From assembly GCF_051307035.1 (NCBI RefSeq), contig NZ_CP195536.1, positions 450,001 through 482,000 of the forward strand: a stretch of 32,000 bases of DNA. The letters run 5' to 3'. Below the pieces are notes generated by a model. The model worked only from the letters and a program-made list of their open reading frames with translations. It had not been told where the DNA came from and ran no database searches. This document shows positions 21,415-30,463 of this stretch, piece after piece (the first letter of the stretch is position 1; every line of letters begins with the position of its first letter). Both the position numbers and the translations under genes were made by a program. Source of the DNA: Psychrobacter sp. DM4. Lineage in GTDB: Bacteria > Pseudomonadota > Gammaproteobacteria > Pseudomonadales > Moraxellaceae.

Positions 21415-21969
21415 TTATGTACAATCAGTAGGATGAATATCATTTGGCTTATGTTTGATTATACCGACCTGATTAAACGAGATTTGATACTTGCTATTAT
21501 TATAATCTGAAGTTGGACAGTACTTTATATGTCCAAAATGTCCGCGCGGTCTTCCCGAATCACCCCAAAATTTAGTATAGTGTCGTCTCGCGCCCACTCG
21601 TAAGCTAAGCTTACTGTACTTAGGATTCAAGTACTGTTCATTCAGCAAAAGATCCGTTTGGTCATCGAAGTGCTTATTATCATTGACGTCTACAAATAAT
21701 AGTATTTTCAGATCACTATCTCTATGGCACCTCCCTCCAATATCAGATAGACAGACCAGTAGGTTTTGACGACGAATATAACTCTCAGCTTTTGCAATAC
21801 TAAGTATACTCTCTAGCTGGTTCTTAATTCGACTGGCTTCCATACGTGCCAACTGCTCAAAAATGAGCGGTGTTGCAATAGTTACTATAATAGCCAAAAC
21901 AGCCAAAGTGACTACAAGCTCTGGAAGAGTAAATCCATGTTCAGCTTTGACTAATGATGTATTATTCAT
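21415..21969 (-). CDS. Type IV minor pilin, FimT/FimU (GspH) family
   Basis: Class III signal MNNTSLVKAEHG|FTLPELVVTLAVLAIIVTIATP (prepilin peptidase site G|F, Glu+5), then a GspH-like body with Cys pairs C73/C81 and C151/C183. Start set to ATG 21969. The ORF-track start at 22068 adds 33 residues before the leader. Confidence 0.85.
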   Translation of the reverse strand: MNNTSLVKAEHGFTLPELVVTLAVLAIIVTIATPLIFEQLARMEASRIKNQLESILSIAKAESYIRRQNLLVCLSDIGGRCHRDSDLKILLFVDVNDNKHFDDQTDLLLNEQYLNPKYSKLSLRVGARRHYTKFWGDSGRPRGHFGHIKYCPTSDYNNSKYQISFNQVGIIKHKPNDIHPTDCT

Positions 21970-22546
21970 AGGGATGTCTAATTCTAGTACCTCGATAAAT
22001 AAAAATAAATTAGCACTTCTGTCGAGCAAACATCCCTCTAGGTTTAGTTGGGTGTTTCTATCAAACACTTATATTGTTTATGTACATAAAAATTAAATGG
22101 TTGATGGACTAAATATTCGTCTATTAAACTTATGTTTATTATTATAATATAAACACAATATGTACTAAGTGTCAAAAAATGTTTCAAATAGTGAATCATT
22201 GGTTTTTACGATAGAGAATAAAAAGTAACTGTATTAAAATGCACTAGTCCAAAAGGCATCAATAATGCTAGTTTCTATTGTTGTTTGGTATGTTTAGTGT
22301 GAAATCTACTACATGTGTAAGCTATACGTAATTTGAGCTGGCTATTGTGTTTTAGTTACGACATTATCGTGTAATAATGTGTAGCTGTCTGACGAAAAAA
22401 GTTGTAAAGTTAATTGATAGTCGATAAGCTACTGCTTAATTGGTTTTGTTGCAAAATGACACATTTTCAAAAATACTTGTCATGAGCATCTTTTAGTAAG
22501 TAGCATCGATCAACGTGTCGTTTAAACTATCCTTTGGAGGAAGTCC

Positions 22547-23740
22547 ATGAAATTGAATAAAATCGCCCTAGCTCTGTTCGCCGTAACAGCAGCACCATTA
22601 GCAGCTAATGCTGGTGTGACTATCAGCCCATTATTACTTGGTTATCACTACAGCGAAGGCGCTGACGATGACCAAAGAGAGACATTACTTGGTAATTCTG
22701 GTGACAGATATAACAAAGAAGATGGACTATATACTGGTGCAGCACTAGGTATTGAGTTAACGCCTTCTACCCAATTCCAAGTTGAGTACGGTGTTTCTAA
22801 CACTGATGCTGAAAGTCAAAATGGCGCTGATAATTTAGATGCAGAACAAGAAATGATCACTGGTAACTTCTTGATCGGTACTGAAGAGTTTACAGGCTAT
22901 ACTGACAGCGCACTTAAACCATATATGCTAATCGGTGCTGGTCAATCTAAACTCGATATTGAAGATTCTTCTGGTAACGAAGTTGCTAACTCTACAGACA
23001 CTATCGGTAACCTAGGTTTGGGTGCTATGTACCGCATCAACGACGCACTAAGCCTACGCGGTGAAGCACGTGCTATTCACAACTTTGACGAAAACTGGTG
23101 GGAAGGTATGGCTCTAGCTGGTCTAGAAGTCGTACTTGGCGGTCACTTAGCACCTACAGTCGCTGTTCCACCAATGGAAGAGCCTATGGTTGAACAGCCA
23201 TATGTTGATAACACTCCTATCGTACTTATCGAGCCAGAAATGGACTCTGATGGCGATGGCGTTATCGATAGTTTAGATGCATGCCCAGGCACTCCAATGA
23301 ACCAAGTTGTTGATGCTCGTGGTTGCCCAGTAGAAGTCCTTATCGATGATGCATTGAAAATGGAACTACGTGTATTCTTTGATAACGACAAGTCTAATAT
23401 CAAAGCACAGTATCAGCCTGAAATCGCTAAAGTCGCTGAGAAGATGCGTGAGTATCCTAATTCTACTGCTCGCATTGAAGGTCATGCTTCAAAAACGGGT
23501 CCATCAGCACGTTATAACCAACGTCTGTCTGAAGCTCGCGCTGTTGCAGTTAAATCTATGTTGACTAATGAGTTCGGTATTGCACCAAACCGTCTATCAA
23601 CAGTAGGTTATGGTTATGATCAGCCTATCGCTTCTAACGATACTGAAGAAGGTCGTGCTATGAACCGTCGTGTTTATGCTATCATCACTGGTAATAAAAC
23701 AATGACTGTAGAGCAAACTAAAGACATGGTTATCAACTAA
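22547..23740 (+). CDS. ompA: OmpA/OprF-family outer membrane porin
   Basis: Strong Shine-Dalgarno GGAGGAAG. Signal peptide ...APLAANA|G, an N-terminal beta-barrel-like region with aromatic-ended strands, a Pro-rich hinge, a thrombospondin-type-3-like motif DSDGDGVIDSLDACPGTP...ARGCP, and a C-terminal OmpA domain (NQRLSEARA...GRAMNRRV). Confidence 0.9.
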   Translation: MKLNKIALALFAVTAAPLAANAGVTISPLLLGYHYSEGADDDQRETLLGNSGDRYNKEDGLYTGAALGIELTPSTQFQVEYGVSNTDAESQNGADNLDAEQEMITGNFLIGTEEFTGYTDSALKPYMLIGAGQSKLDIEDSSGNEVANSTDTIGNLGLGAMYRINDALSLRGEARAIHNFDENWWEGMALAGLEVVLGGHLAPTVAVPPMEEPMVEQPYVDNTPIVLIEPEMDSDGDGVIDSLDACPGTPMNQVVDARGCPVEVLIDDALKMELRVFFDNDKSNIKAQYQPEIAKVAEKMREYPNSTARIEGHASKTGPSARYNQRLSEARAVAVKSMLTNEFGIAPNRLSTVGYGYDQPIASNDTEEGRAMNRRVYAIITGNKTMTVEQTKDMVIN

Positions 23741-23772
23741 TCATCTCTCTAAAATAACGCTCAAATAAAAAA

Positions 23773-23797
23773 AGCTACCCTCGGGTGGCTTTTTTTT
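23773..23797 (+). terminator. Rho-independent terminator after ompA-like gene
   Basis: AGCTACC-ctcg-GGTGGCT (one G-U pair) followed by eight T. Confidence 0.8.
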
Positions 23798-24049
23798 ACT
23801 TTGTCCGTGTACTAATCAGTTATTTTATAAAAAGTCATCACAATAATGTTATACTAGCCGCCCAAATACTTTGCAAATCAATATAGTATCTTCTAGCTTA
23901 GCTATTTAGACCTCAGTTTTACGTACAACTGCTATTGTTCAAGTCTTATAATGATTCAGAGCAGTAGCAATAATATATATCTAATCTACAATCACATCCA
24001 GCGGTGCTTACTGCTACTGCATTCTTTTAAGACAAGACGAGCATTTTAT

Positions 24050-25900
24050 ATGGCGAACGATATCCAACACCTGCGTAACATTGCAATCATTGCCCACGTT
24101 GATCATGGTAAAACTACTTTGGTTGACAAACTATTACATCAATCTGGTACTTTTGGTGACCGTGCCAATATTGCTGAACGAGCAATGGACTCAGGCGATA
24201 TTGAACAAGAACGCGGTATCACTATTTTGGCTAAGAACACAGCCATTAAATGGCAGCATCCTAACAAAGATATTGAGTATCGTATTAATATTGTGGATAC
24301 TCCAGGTCACGCCGATTTTGGTGGTGAAGTCGAACGTGTTATGTCTATGGTCGATTGCGTACTTTTGGTCGTAGATGCCGTAGACGGCCCTATGCCGCAG
24401 ACTCGTTTTGTCACTCAAAAAGCGTTCGAACAGGGTCTAAAGCCAATTGTAGTTATCAATAAAATTGACCGTCCAGGTTCTCGTCCTGATTGGGTTATGG
24501 ATCAAATATTTGATCTATTCGATAATCTAGGTGCAACCGATGAGCAGTTAGACTTTCCAGTAGTTTATGCTTCAGCGCTAAACGGCGTTGCAGGTTTAGA
24601 AGCTGATGATCTGGCTGATGATATGACACCACTATTTGAGACTATCGTAGATGTGGTACAGCCGCCACAAGTTGACGCAGACGCGCCGTTTCGCATGCAA
24701 ATCTCAAGTCTTGATTACAATAGTTTCGTAGGTGTTATCGGTATTGGCCGTGTGCAGCGCGGTAGAGTCAAAATCAATACGCCAGTGACTATCGTTGATA
24801 AGAATGGTAACACTCGTAATGGTCGTATTCTAAAAATCATGGGTTATCACGGTCTAGACCGTATCGATGTTGAAGATGCACAAGCAGGTGATATTATCTG
24901 TATCACGGGTATCGATGCTTTGAATATCTCTGATACTATCTGTGATCCAAACGCGGTTGAAGCCTTGCCACCATTGACGGTTGATGAACCAACCGTATCG
25001 ATGAACTTTCAGGTCAACAACTCACCTTTTGCAGGTCTTGAAGGCAAGTTTGTAACGTCGCGCAATATCCGTGAGCGTCTAGAGCGTGAATTGATTCACA
25101 ACGTTGCTCTACGTGTTGAAGATACTGAGTCTCCAGATAAATTTAAAGTATCAGGTCGCGGTGAGCTACATTTATCAGTATTAATTGAAAACATGCGCCG
25201 TGAAGGCTTTGAGCTGGGTGTTTCAGGGCCTGAAGTTATCGTCAAGGAAGTTGATGGTAAACTTCAAGAGCCTTACGAAAATGTAGTCTTTGATATCGAA
25301 GATGAGCATCAAGGTTCAATCATGGAGCAAGTGGGTCTGCGTAAAGGCGAAATGACCAATATGGAGCTTGATGGTAAAGGTCGTATGCGAATTGAAGCGA
25401 CTATGCCTGCTCGTGGTCTAATTGGGTTTCGCTCAGAGTTTTTAACCTTGACTTCAGGGTCAGGTATTATGACGTCAAGCTTTTCGCATTATGGTCCTCA
25501 AAAGATTGGTGATGTGGGTGGTCGCTCTAATGGCGTACTCGTTTCTATGGCCAAAGGCACTTGCTTAGGTTTTGCATTATTTAATCTTCAAAAGCGCGGT
25601 AAACTATTTGCTGAACCGCAGCTTGAGGTGTACGAAGGTATGATCGTTGGTCTAAATTCACGTAACGATGATATGGCTGTGAATCCAACGACTGCCAAGC
25701 AATTGACCAACGTTCGTGCGAGTGGTACTGATGAAGCGCTAACACTGACGCCTGCTATCAAGTTCACACTTGAGCAAGCCCTTGAGTTCATTCAAGACGA
25801 TGAGCTGGTTGAAGTTACGCCAAAAGCTATTCGTATCCGTAAGCGCTACTTAACTGAAAGTGAGCGTAAACGTCATGGTCGTAGCAAAAAAGGCGCTTAA
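24050..25900 (+). CDS. typA: Translational GTPase TypA/BipA
   Basis: [41 protein letters not shown], and a BipA-type C-terminal domain. Start set to ATG 24050 ([10 protein letters not shown]). The ORF-track start at 23951 adds 33 non-homologous residues. Confidence 0.93.
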   Translation: MANDIQHLRNIAIIAHVDHGKTTLVDKLLHQSGTFGDRANIAERAMDSGDIEQERGITILAKNTAIKWQHPNKDIEYRINIVDTPGHADFGGEVERVMSMVDCVLLVVDAVDGPMPQTRFVTQKAFEQGLKPIVVINKIDRPGSRPDWVMDQIFDLFDNLGATDEQLDFPVVYASALNGVAGLEADDLADDMTPLFETIVDVVQPPQVDADAPFRMQISSLDYNSFVGVIGIGRVQRGRVKINTPVTIVDKNGNTRNGRILKIMGYHGLDRIDVEDAQAGDIICITGIDALNISDTICDPNAVEALPPLTVDEPTVSMNFQVNNSPFAGLEGKFVTSRNIRERLERELIHNVALRVEDTESPDKFKVSGRGELHLSVLIENMRREGFELGVSGPEVIVKEVDGKLQEPYENVVFDIEDEHQGSIMEQVGLRKGEMTNMELDGKGRMRIEATMPARGLIGFRSEFLTLTSGSGIMTSSFSHYGPQKIGDVGGRSNGVLVSMAKGTCLGFALFNLQKRGKLFAEPQLEVYEGMIVGLNSRNDDMAVNPTTAKQLTNVRASGTDEALTLTPAIKFTLEQALEFIQDDELVEVTPKAIRIRKRYLTESERKRHGRSKKGA

Positions 25901-25931
25901 TATCTAAACACCATTAATTTGAGTATAAAAA

Positions 25932-25958
25932 AGGCCAACGCTATGTTGGCCTTTTTTT
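25932..25958. terminator. Bidirectional Rho-independent terminator (typA / 26038 gene)
   Basis: AGGCCAAC-gctat-GTTGGCCT with an A-run upstream and seven T downstream. Confidence 0.8.
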
Positions 25959-26037
25959 GTTTCTATGTCCCGTCTTGAAATAAGTTCACTGGAGACGAGT
26001 ATAGTATCCAGATCATTATTGAGGCATCACTACTACG

Positions 26038-26478
26038 CTAAGGCGTCACTACCACATAGTCGTTAGTATTAATTAAGATCTCAGAAGGCTGATCTACGAC
26101 GATACGAACAATATTATTATCAATCACTTGTGACTTATAGTAATTATCCTCGGCAACAGTACAGCCCAAACAGCGCCCCATAGCATCCCACGGTTCAACA
26201 AATAGTTTTTGCTGAGCCTGATCAGCATTACCGCCAATTAATGAAAAGGGCAGACTAACTAAATAGGCAGCAGTGCCAGCAACGGCTGTAACCAATTGCA
26301 AAGGCTTACCTACTACTGTATCAACTACCATCGTATCATAAGAGGGACCAAAGTCAGTCTCATCGATCTCTATCGCTGCTAACGACGTCTGCATAGTGAG
26401 AGTAGCTAAAACAATACTTGCAATAGCAGTAAGCGCATTATGCTTGATTATGCGTAATGAGCTAGTGTTGATAGTCAT
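26038..26478 (-). CDS. Hypothetical exported/membrane protein
   Basis: N-terminal signal/anchor (ALTAIASIVLATLTMQTSLAA), a second hydrophobic stretch (LQLVTAVAGTAAYLVSLPFSLIGG), and a CLGC motif. No family recognised with confidence. Confidence 0.6.
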   Translation of the reverse strand: MTINTSSLRIIKHNALTAIASIVLATLTMQTSLAAIEIDETDFGPSYDTMVVDTVVGKPLQLVTAVAGTAAYLVSLPFSLIGGNADQAQQKLFVEPWDAMGRCLGCTVAEDNYYKSQVIDNNIVRIVVDQPSEILINTNDYVVVTP

Positions 26479-26611
26479 GGGATCATCCTAAAGCGAATAA
26501 GGAACGTAACAGAGATGCTTTTTAATGAGCAATTATGCTATTAAAGCAAGATGTCAGGCGATAAGCAACATAAAAGCCTGTAATTCAGCAATTTAATAAT
26601 GTTAAAAAGAC

Positions 26612-27541
26612 TTATTGTGTCAATAGAGTCTGACATTGAGGACAAAACACGCTGGCGCGACCGTTGATCTTAATGTTATCAAGAGTGGTCATGCAACTTG
26701 GACAATCCTTACCTTGTCTACCATAGACATTTAATGTCTGCTGAAAATATCCTGTCTCGCCACTTGCAACAGTGAAGTCACGTAGTGTTGATCCACCAAG
26801 TGCTATCGCTTTGTGCAAAATAGTCTTGATGTGCGTAACCAGTTCAGATAAGTGCTCATAAGTTAGAGTGTTTGCAGGCGTTGCAGGATGGATACCTGCT
26901 AAGTACAAACTTTCAGTTGCGTAGATATTACCGACGCCAACGACAACCTTTTGTTCCATGATTACTGACTTTATAGCACGACTGATAGGCCGTTTTGCTG
27001 TAGCCGTAGCCTTATGAGTGGCGATTTGCGGTTGTTTATTACTGTTCTCAGTGCGCTGAATGAAATGGTACAAATAGTCTGCGTTAAACGTATTAGCAAG
27101 GGGCTCGAGACCTAGATTATCTATCAGTTTGCTACTATAATCTTCGTACCATAGTACAGAGCCAAAGCGTCTTGGATCGTGATAATGAAGCTGAGTATGC
27201 GTATTGTCATCAGTGCTAAAGGTAATAATCAGATGATCGTGTTTGCGTTTGCCTTCTCCTTTACCATGCTGTTGAAGACTACCTGACATGCCAAGGTGCA
27301 CTAATAATTGACGTACTTGTGGGTCAGAATCAGCGTGTGTAGGAGAGTTAGCAGCAAAATCCAAGATCAAATATTTGGCTCGTCTTTGAATACTAACCAA
27401 AGTGTGATCGATCAAATCGACCAAGTCAGTAGGCATCTGCCATCGCAATTTTGGCTGAAATACTTGGACATCTGTTACCCTTTGATTAAGCAAGGGAGCT
27501 AAGCTAGTTTTTGTAGTTTCAACTTCGGGTAGTTCTGGCAT
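26612..27541 (-). CDS. mutM: Formamidopyrimidine-DNA glycosylase (Fpg/MutM)
   Basis: Catalytic N-terminus MPELPEVET, H2TH region, and C-terminal zinc finger CPSC...CPQC. At 309 aa it is ~40 aa longer than E. coli Fpg because of internal inserts. Confidence 0.92.
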   Translation of the reverse strand: MPELPEVETTKTSLAPLLNQRVTDVQVFQPKLRWQMPTDLVDLIDHTLVSIQRRAKYLILDFAANSPTHADSDPQVRQLLVHLGMSGSLQQHGKGEGKRKHDHLIITFSTDDNTHTQLHYHDPRRFGSVLWYEDYSSKLIDNLGLEPLANTFNADYLYHFIQRTENSNKQPQIATHKATATAKRPISRAIKSVIMEQKVVVGVGNIYATESLYLAGIHPATPANTLTYEHLSELVTHIKTILHKAIALGGSTLRDFTVASGETGYFQQTLNVYGRQGKDCPSCMTTLDNIKINGRASVFCPQCQTLLTQ

Positions 27542-27617
27542 ATGGGCTCAAGAGTATCTATAAATAAATGAGAAGAAAATAGTTAATAGTAAATATCATA
27601 GTCGATGTCATATAAAA

Positions 27618-30146
27618 TTATGCTACTGCACGGCGCGCATGCAAAATGCCATGCTGTTGTTCAAGTTTTGCCAGTAGTTTAGATAAGTGCGCTAAGCCTG
27701 CAACTTCGATATGAAACTTTAGATAAGCAATGTTATCATCAGTGCTCGTAGTCTCAACTTGACGAATATTGACATTTTCTTTATCGATAATCTGCGTTAA
27801 ATCACGTAGCAGTCCGCGTCTATCATAAGCTTCTATATGAATATCAACAGGCTGGTAACGACCAGATTTGAACTCCCAACTGGCAGCGATCTGACGCTCA
27901 GGATCGCGATCAATGAGACGAATGTACTCAGGGCAGCCGCGATTGTGAACACTAATGCCGCGTGATAAAGTCACATAACCAGCTATAGGCTCACCATGGA
28001 CAGGATGACAGCACCCTGCGAGATGGACCTCGGTATTGTCCAGGCCTTCAATAGAGATTTTATAGGCGTCAGGTTTGCCTGTTGATCTATTATCGATATT
28101 TAAAACAAAATCTTCTTCGGGCTTTTCAGGTTCTAGATGCAACTGGCGAGAGATGTGAGCGGTGAGCTGATTTAAACCGATCTCTCCTGTGACTAAGCCC
28201 ACAACGATATCATCTGAATTGTTGACACTAAATAGATGAGTATAATCATTCAGATCTATGCTATTAGGATGAACTGATAAACGTTCAAGCTCTTTTGCCA
28301 GCATGTGTCGACCGATCTCGATATTTTTGTCTCGATCTTGCTTATTAAACCATTGACGCAGCTTAGAGCGGGCGCGGCTCGTTTGTATGTAGCCTAAAGA
28401 GACAACCAGCCAATCACGATTGGGCTCACGCGTGGCTTTGGTAATAACCTCAACTTGCTCACCTGTTTTTAGCTGATAAGTAAGTGGGACATAGCGCTGA
28501 TTGACTCGCGCTGCCTGCGCTCTGTTACCCACTTGCGTATGCACATAATAAGCAAAATCAAGTACAGTTGCACCCTTAGGTAATTCAGTGATATCACCAT
28601 CACGACTAAAGACGTAAATACGTTCGAGCTCGTCAAAATCAACGACATGATCGTCATCTTCAATTTCAGTAAATTCTATACCGCCTAAGTCATCCTCTAT
28701 TGTCAAAGCTGAGTCTGAACGGTTACGTACCTCATTATTTATAGAAAGCAAGTGACGTAGGGAGCTGATCTTTTGATTGAAGTAGGTGTCTTTTTTATTC
28801 TTCAATCCCTCTTTGTAATTGACATGAGCGCACATGCCAAGCTCAGCTTCAAAATGCATTTCGTGCGTACGAATCTGCACCTCAAGTGACTTATTCTCTG
28901 CGATTACTGCCGTATGTAAAGAGCGATAACCGTTTGACTTGGGGTTGGTAACATAGTCGTCAAATTGTTCTGGAATATAACGCCAAAAACCATGCACTAA
29001 ACCCAAAACATGGTAACAATCTGAGGAACAATTGACCAAGACTCGTAAAGCGCGGATATCATAAAGCTGATCAAAGGACAGACCTTTGAGTTTCATTTTA
29101 CGATAAATAGAATAGATATGTTTGACGCGGCCAGATACTTCGCCTTCAATGTCAGCGTCTATCAAAGCTTCACTAAGCTTATCTTGCATGCGCTGAATAT
29201 AGGATTCGCGCTCACTGCGTTTTTCAGACAATAACTTGGCAATCTCTTTGTACCTATCGGGGGCAAGATGGCGAAAGGCCAAATCTTCAAGCTCCCATTT
29301 GAGCTGCGCGATACCAAGGCGATGGGCGAGAGGCGCATAAATAGTCATTACTTCGCGAGCGACGCGTTGCTGACGCTCTGTATCAGCAAAACTAAGCTCT
29401 CGCATAGCAAAGGTGCGTTCTGCTAACTTGATAAGGACGACGCGCACATCATTCGTCACCGAGATGAGCATGCTATAGATGTTAGATAATTGCTCACGTT
29501 GATTGTTAACAAAATGATCTTCTAAACGCTTACTACTTTCGATAATTTCAGACAGTTTTCCCATTGCCAAAGCGTCTTTGACCAGTACCGCGATATCAGT
29601 GCCAAAGTGCTTTTCGATATCTACTAAGCTGATCATAGATTTACGCGCACTACGGTATAGCATAGCAGCAACTAGGGCGTCTTCGTCTTGATACAAGTAG
29701 GTTAGAATATCTGTCATGCCGATACCCGTAACGTAAGCGCCAGAGCGTTCAGACTCGCTAGTATTCATACGACTGCGAATGAACTCACAGGCATCACTTA
29801 GAATAGGAACCGACTCTTGTCCAATGCGTTTGGCAACGTTACTCAGCCAGACGGGTACATCGATATTGGCATCATCAATATCCTCTAAAGGGATATCGAC
29901 CCTATTTAAAAGCTCACTGTTGGAGTATTTATTTTTAAATTGCGAATCTAGAGAAGTGGAACGATCAAAGGTGGTATGGAGTTTGCGAGTCGCTAACTGT
30001 GCTTTGATATCCAATGGAATTTGAGCGTAGCTATTAGCAGATTGATGAGAACGCTGATTGGCAACCAATTGCGCTGCAAGTGAGGCACTATCAGTCTCTA
30101 TCATCTGTCCATCTACCAAAGGTAATCCTTCACGAATCTTTACCAT
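27618..30146 (-). CDS. relA: (p)ppGpp synthetase RelA (long RSH)
   Basis: Very strong Shine-Dalgarno AAGGAGGGAG. Synthetase block YRSLHTAV...LEVQIRTHEMH, then TGS, zinc-finger/CC (CCHPVHGEPIAG) and ACT domains. It lies downstream of rlmD as in E. coli. Calling it RelA rather than SpoT is an inference from synteny. Confidence 0.88.
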   Translation of the reverse strand: MVKIREGLPLVDGQMIETDSASLAAQLVANQRSHQSANSYAQIPLDIKAQLATRKLHTTFDRSTSLDSQFKNKYSNSELLNRVDIPLEDIDDANIDVPVWLSNVAKRIGQESVPILSDACEFIRSRMNTSESERSGAYVTGIGMTDILTYLYQDEDALVAAMLYRSARKSMISLVDIEKHFGTDIAVLVKDALAMGKLSEIIESSKRLEDHFVNNQREQLSNIYSMLISVTNDVRVVLIKLAERTFAMRELSFADTERQQRVAREVMTIYAPLAHRLGIAQLKWELEDLAFRHLAPDRYKEIAKLLSEKRSERESYIQRMQDKLSEALIDADIEGEVSGRVKHIYSIYRKMKLKGLSFDQLYDIRALRVLVNCSSDCYHVLGLVHGFWRYIPEQFDDYVTNPKSNGYRSLHTAVIAENKSLEVQIRTHEMHFEAELGMCAHVNYKEGLKNKKDTYFNQKISSLRHLLSINNEVRNRSDSALTIEDDLGGIEFTEIEDDDHVVDFDELERIYVFSRDGDITELPKGATVLDFAYYVHTQVGNRAQAARVNQRYVPLTYQLKTGEQVEVITKATREPNRDWLVVSLGYIQTSRARSKLRQWFNKQDRDKNIEIGRHMLAKELERLSVHPNSIDLNDYTHLFSVNNSDDIVVGLVTGEIGLNQLTAHISRQLHLEPEKPEEDFVLNIDNRSTGKPDAYKISIEGLDNTEVHLAGCCHPVHGEPIAGYVTLSRGISVHNRGCPEYIRLIDRDPERQIAASWEFKSGRYQPVDIHIEAYDRRGLLRDLTQIIDKENVNIRQVETTSTDDNIAYLKFHIEVAGLAHLSKLLAKLEQQHGILHARRAVA

Positions 30147-30463
30147 AGCTCCCTCCTTTTCGCAATCTTCATACAGTATCTAACCCTGTTCACTTGCGCA
30201 CGTTATAATAAACATATTGCTTTTTACTTGTAACAAATAAGTCCTAAATAAGAACAGCTGCCAAAACACTAGCAGCTGTTATCGAGACCACAATACTGAT
30301 ATTAGAGTTAATTACAGTAACGACCGCTTCTCATTTGCCTTGGAAACTATACTTCTTATTAAACATATGTTTTATAGTTATTATACTTAGTTTCTCACTT
30401 TAACGCTACGATACAAGAAGGTCTCTGTAAGGAAAATAAAGTCAAACGTAACGTAGCATTAGT

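Noticed and set aside
21180-21443. 87-aa minus-strand ORF spanning the recO end, the spacer and the fimT-like 3' end
   Set aside because: It overlaps two supported genes, has no RBS, and gives a low-complexity translation.
21970-22068. ORF-track 33-codon extension of the fimT-like gene
   Set aside because: Prepilin leaders are short. MNNTSLVKAEHG|FTLPE from ATG 21969 is a normal class III signal.
23951-24049. ORF-track 33-codon extension of typA
   Set aside because: It is non-homologous and overlaps the predicted -10 box and the leader hairpin. ATG 24050 gives the canonical BipA N-terminus.
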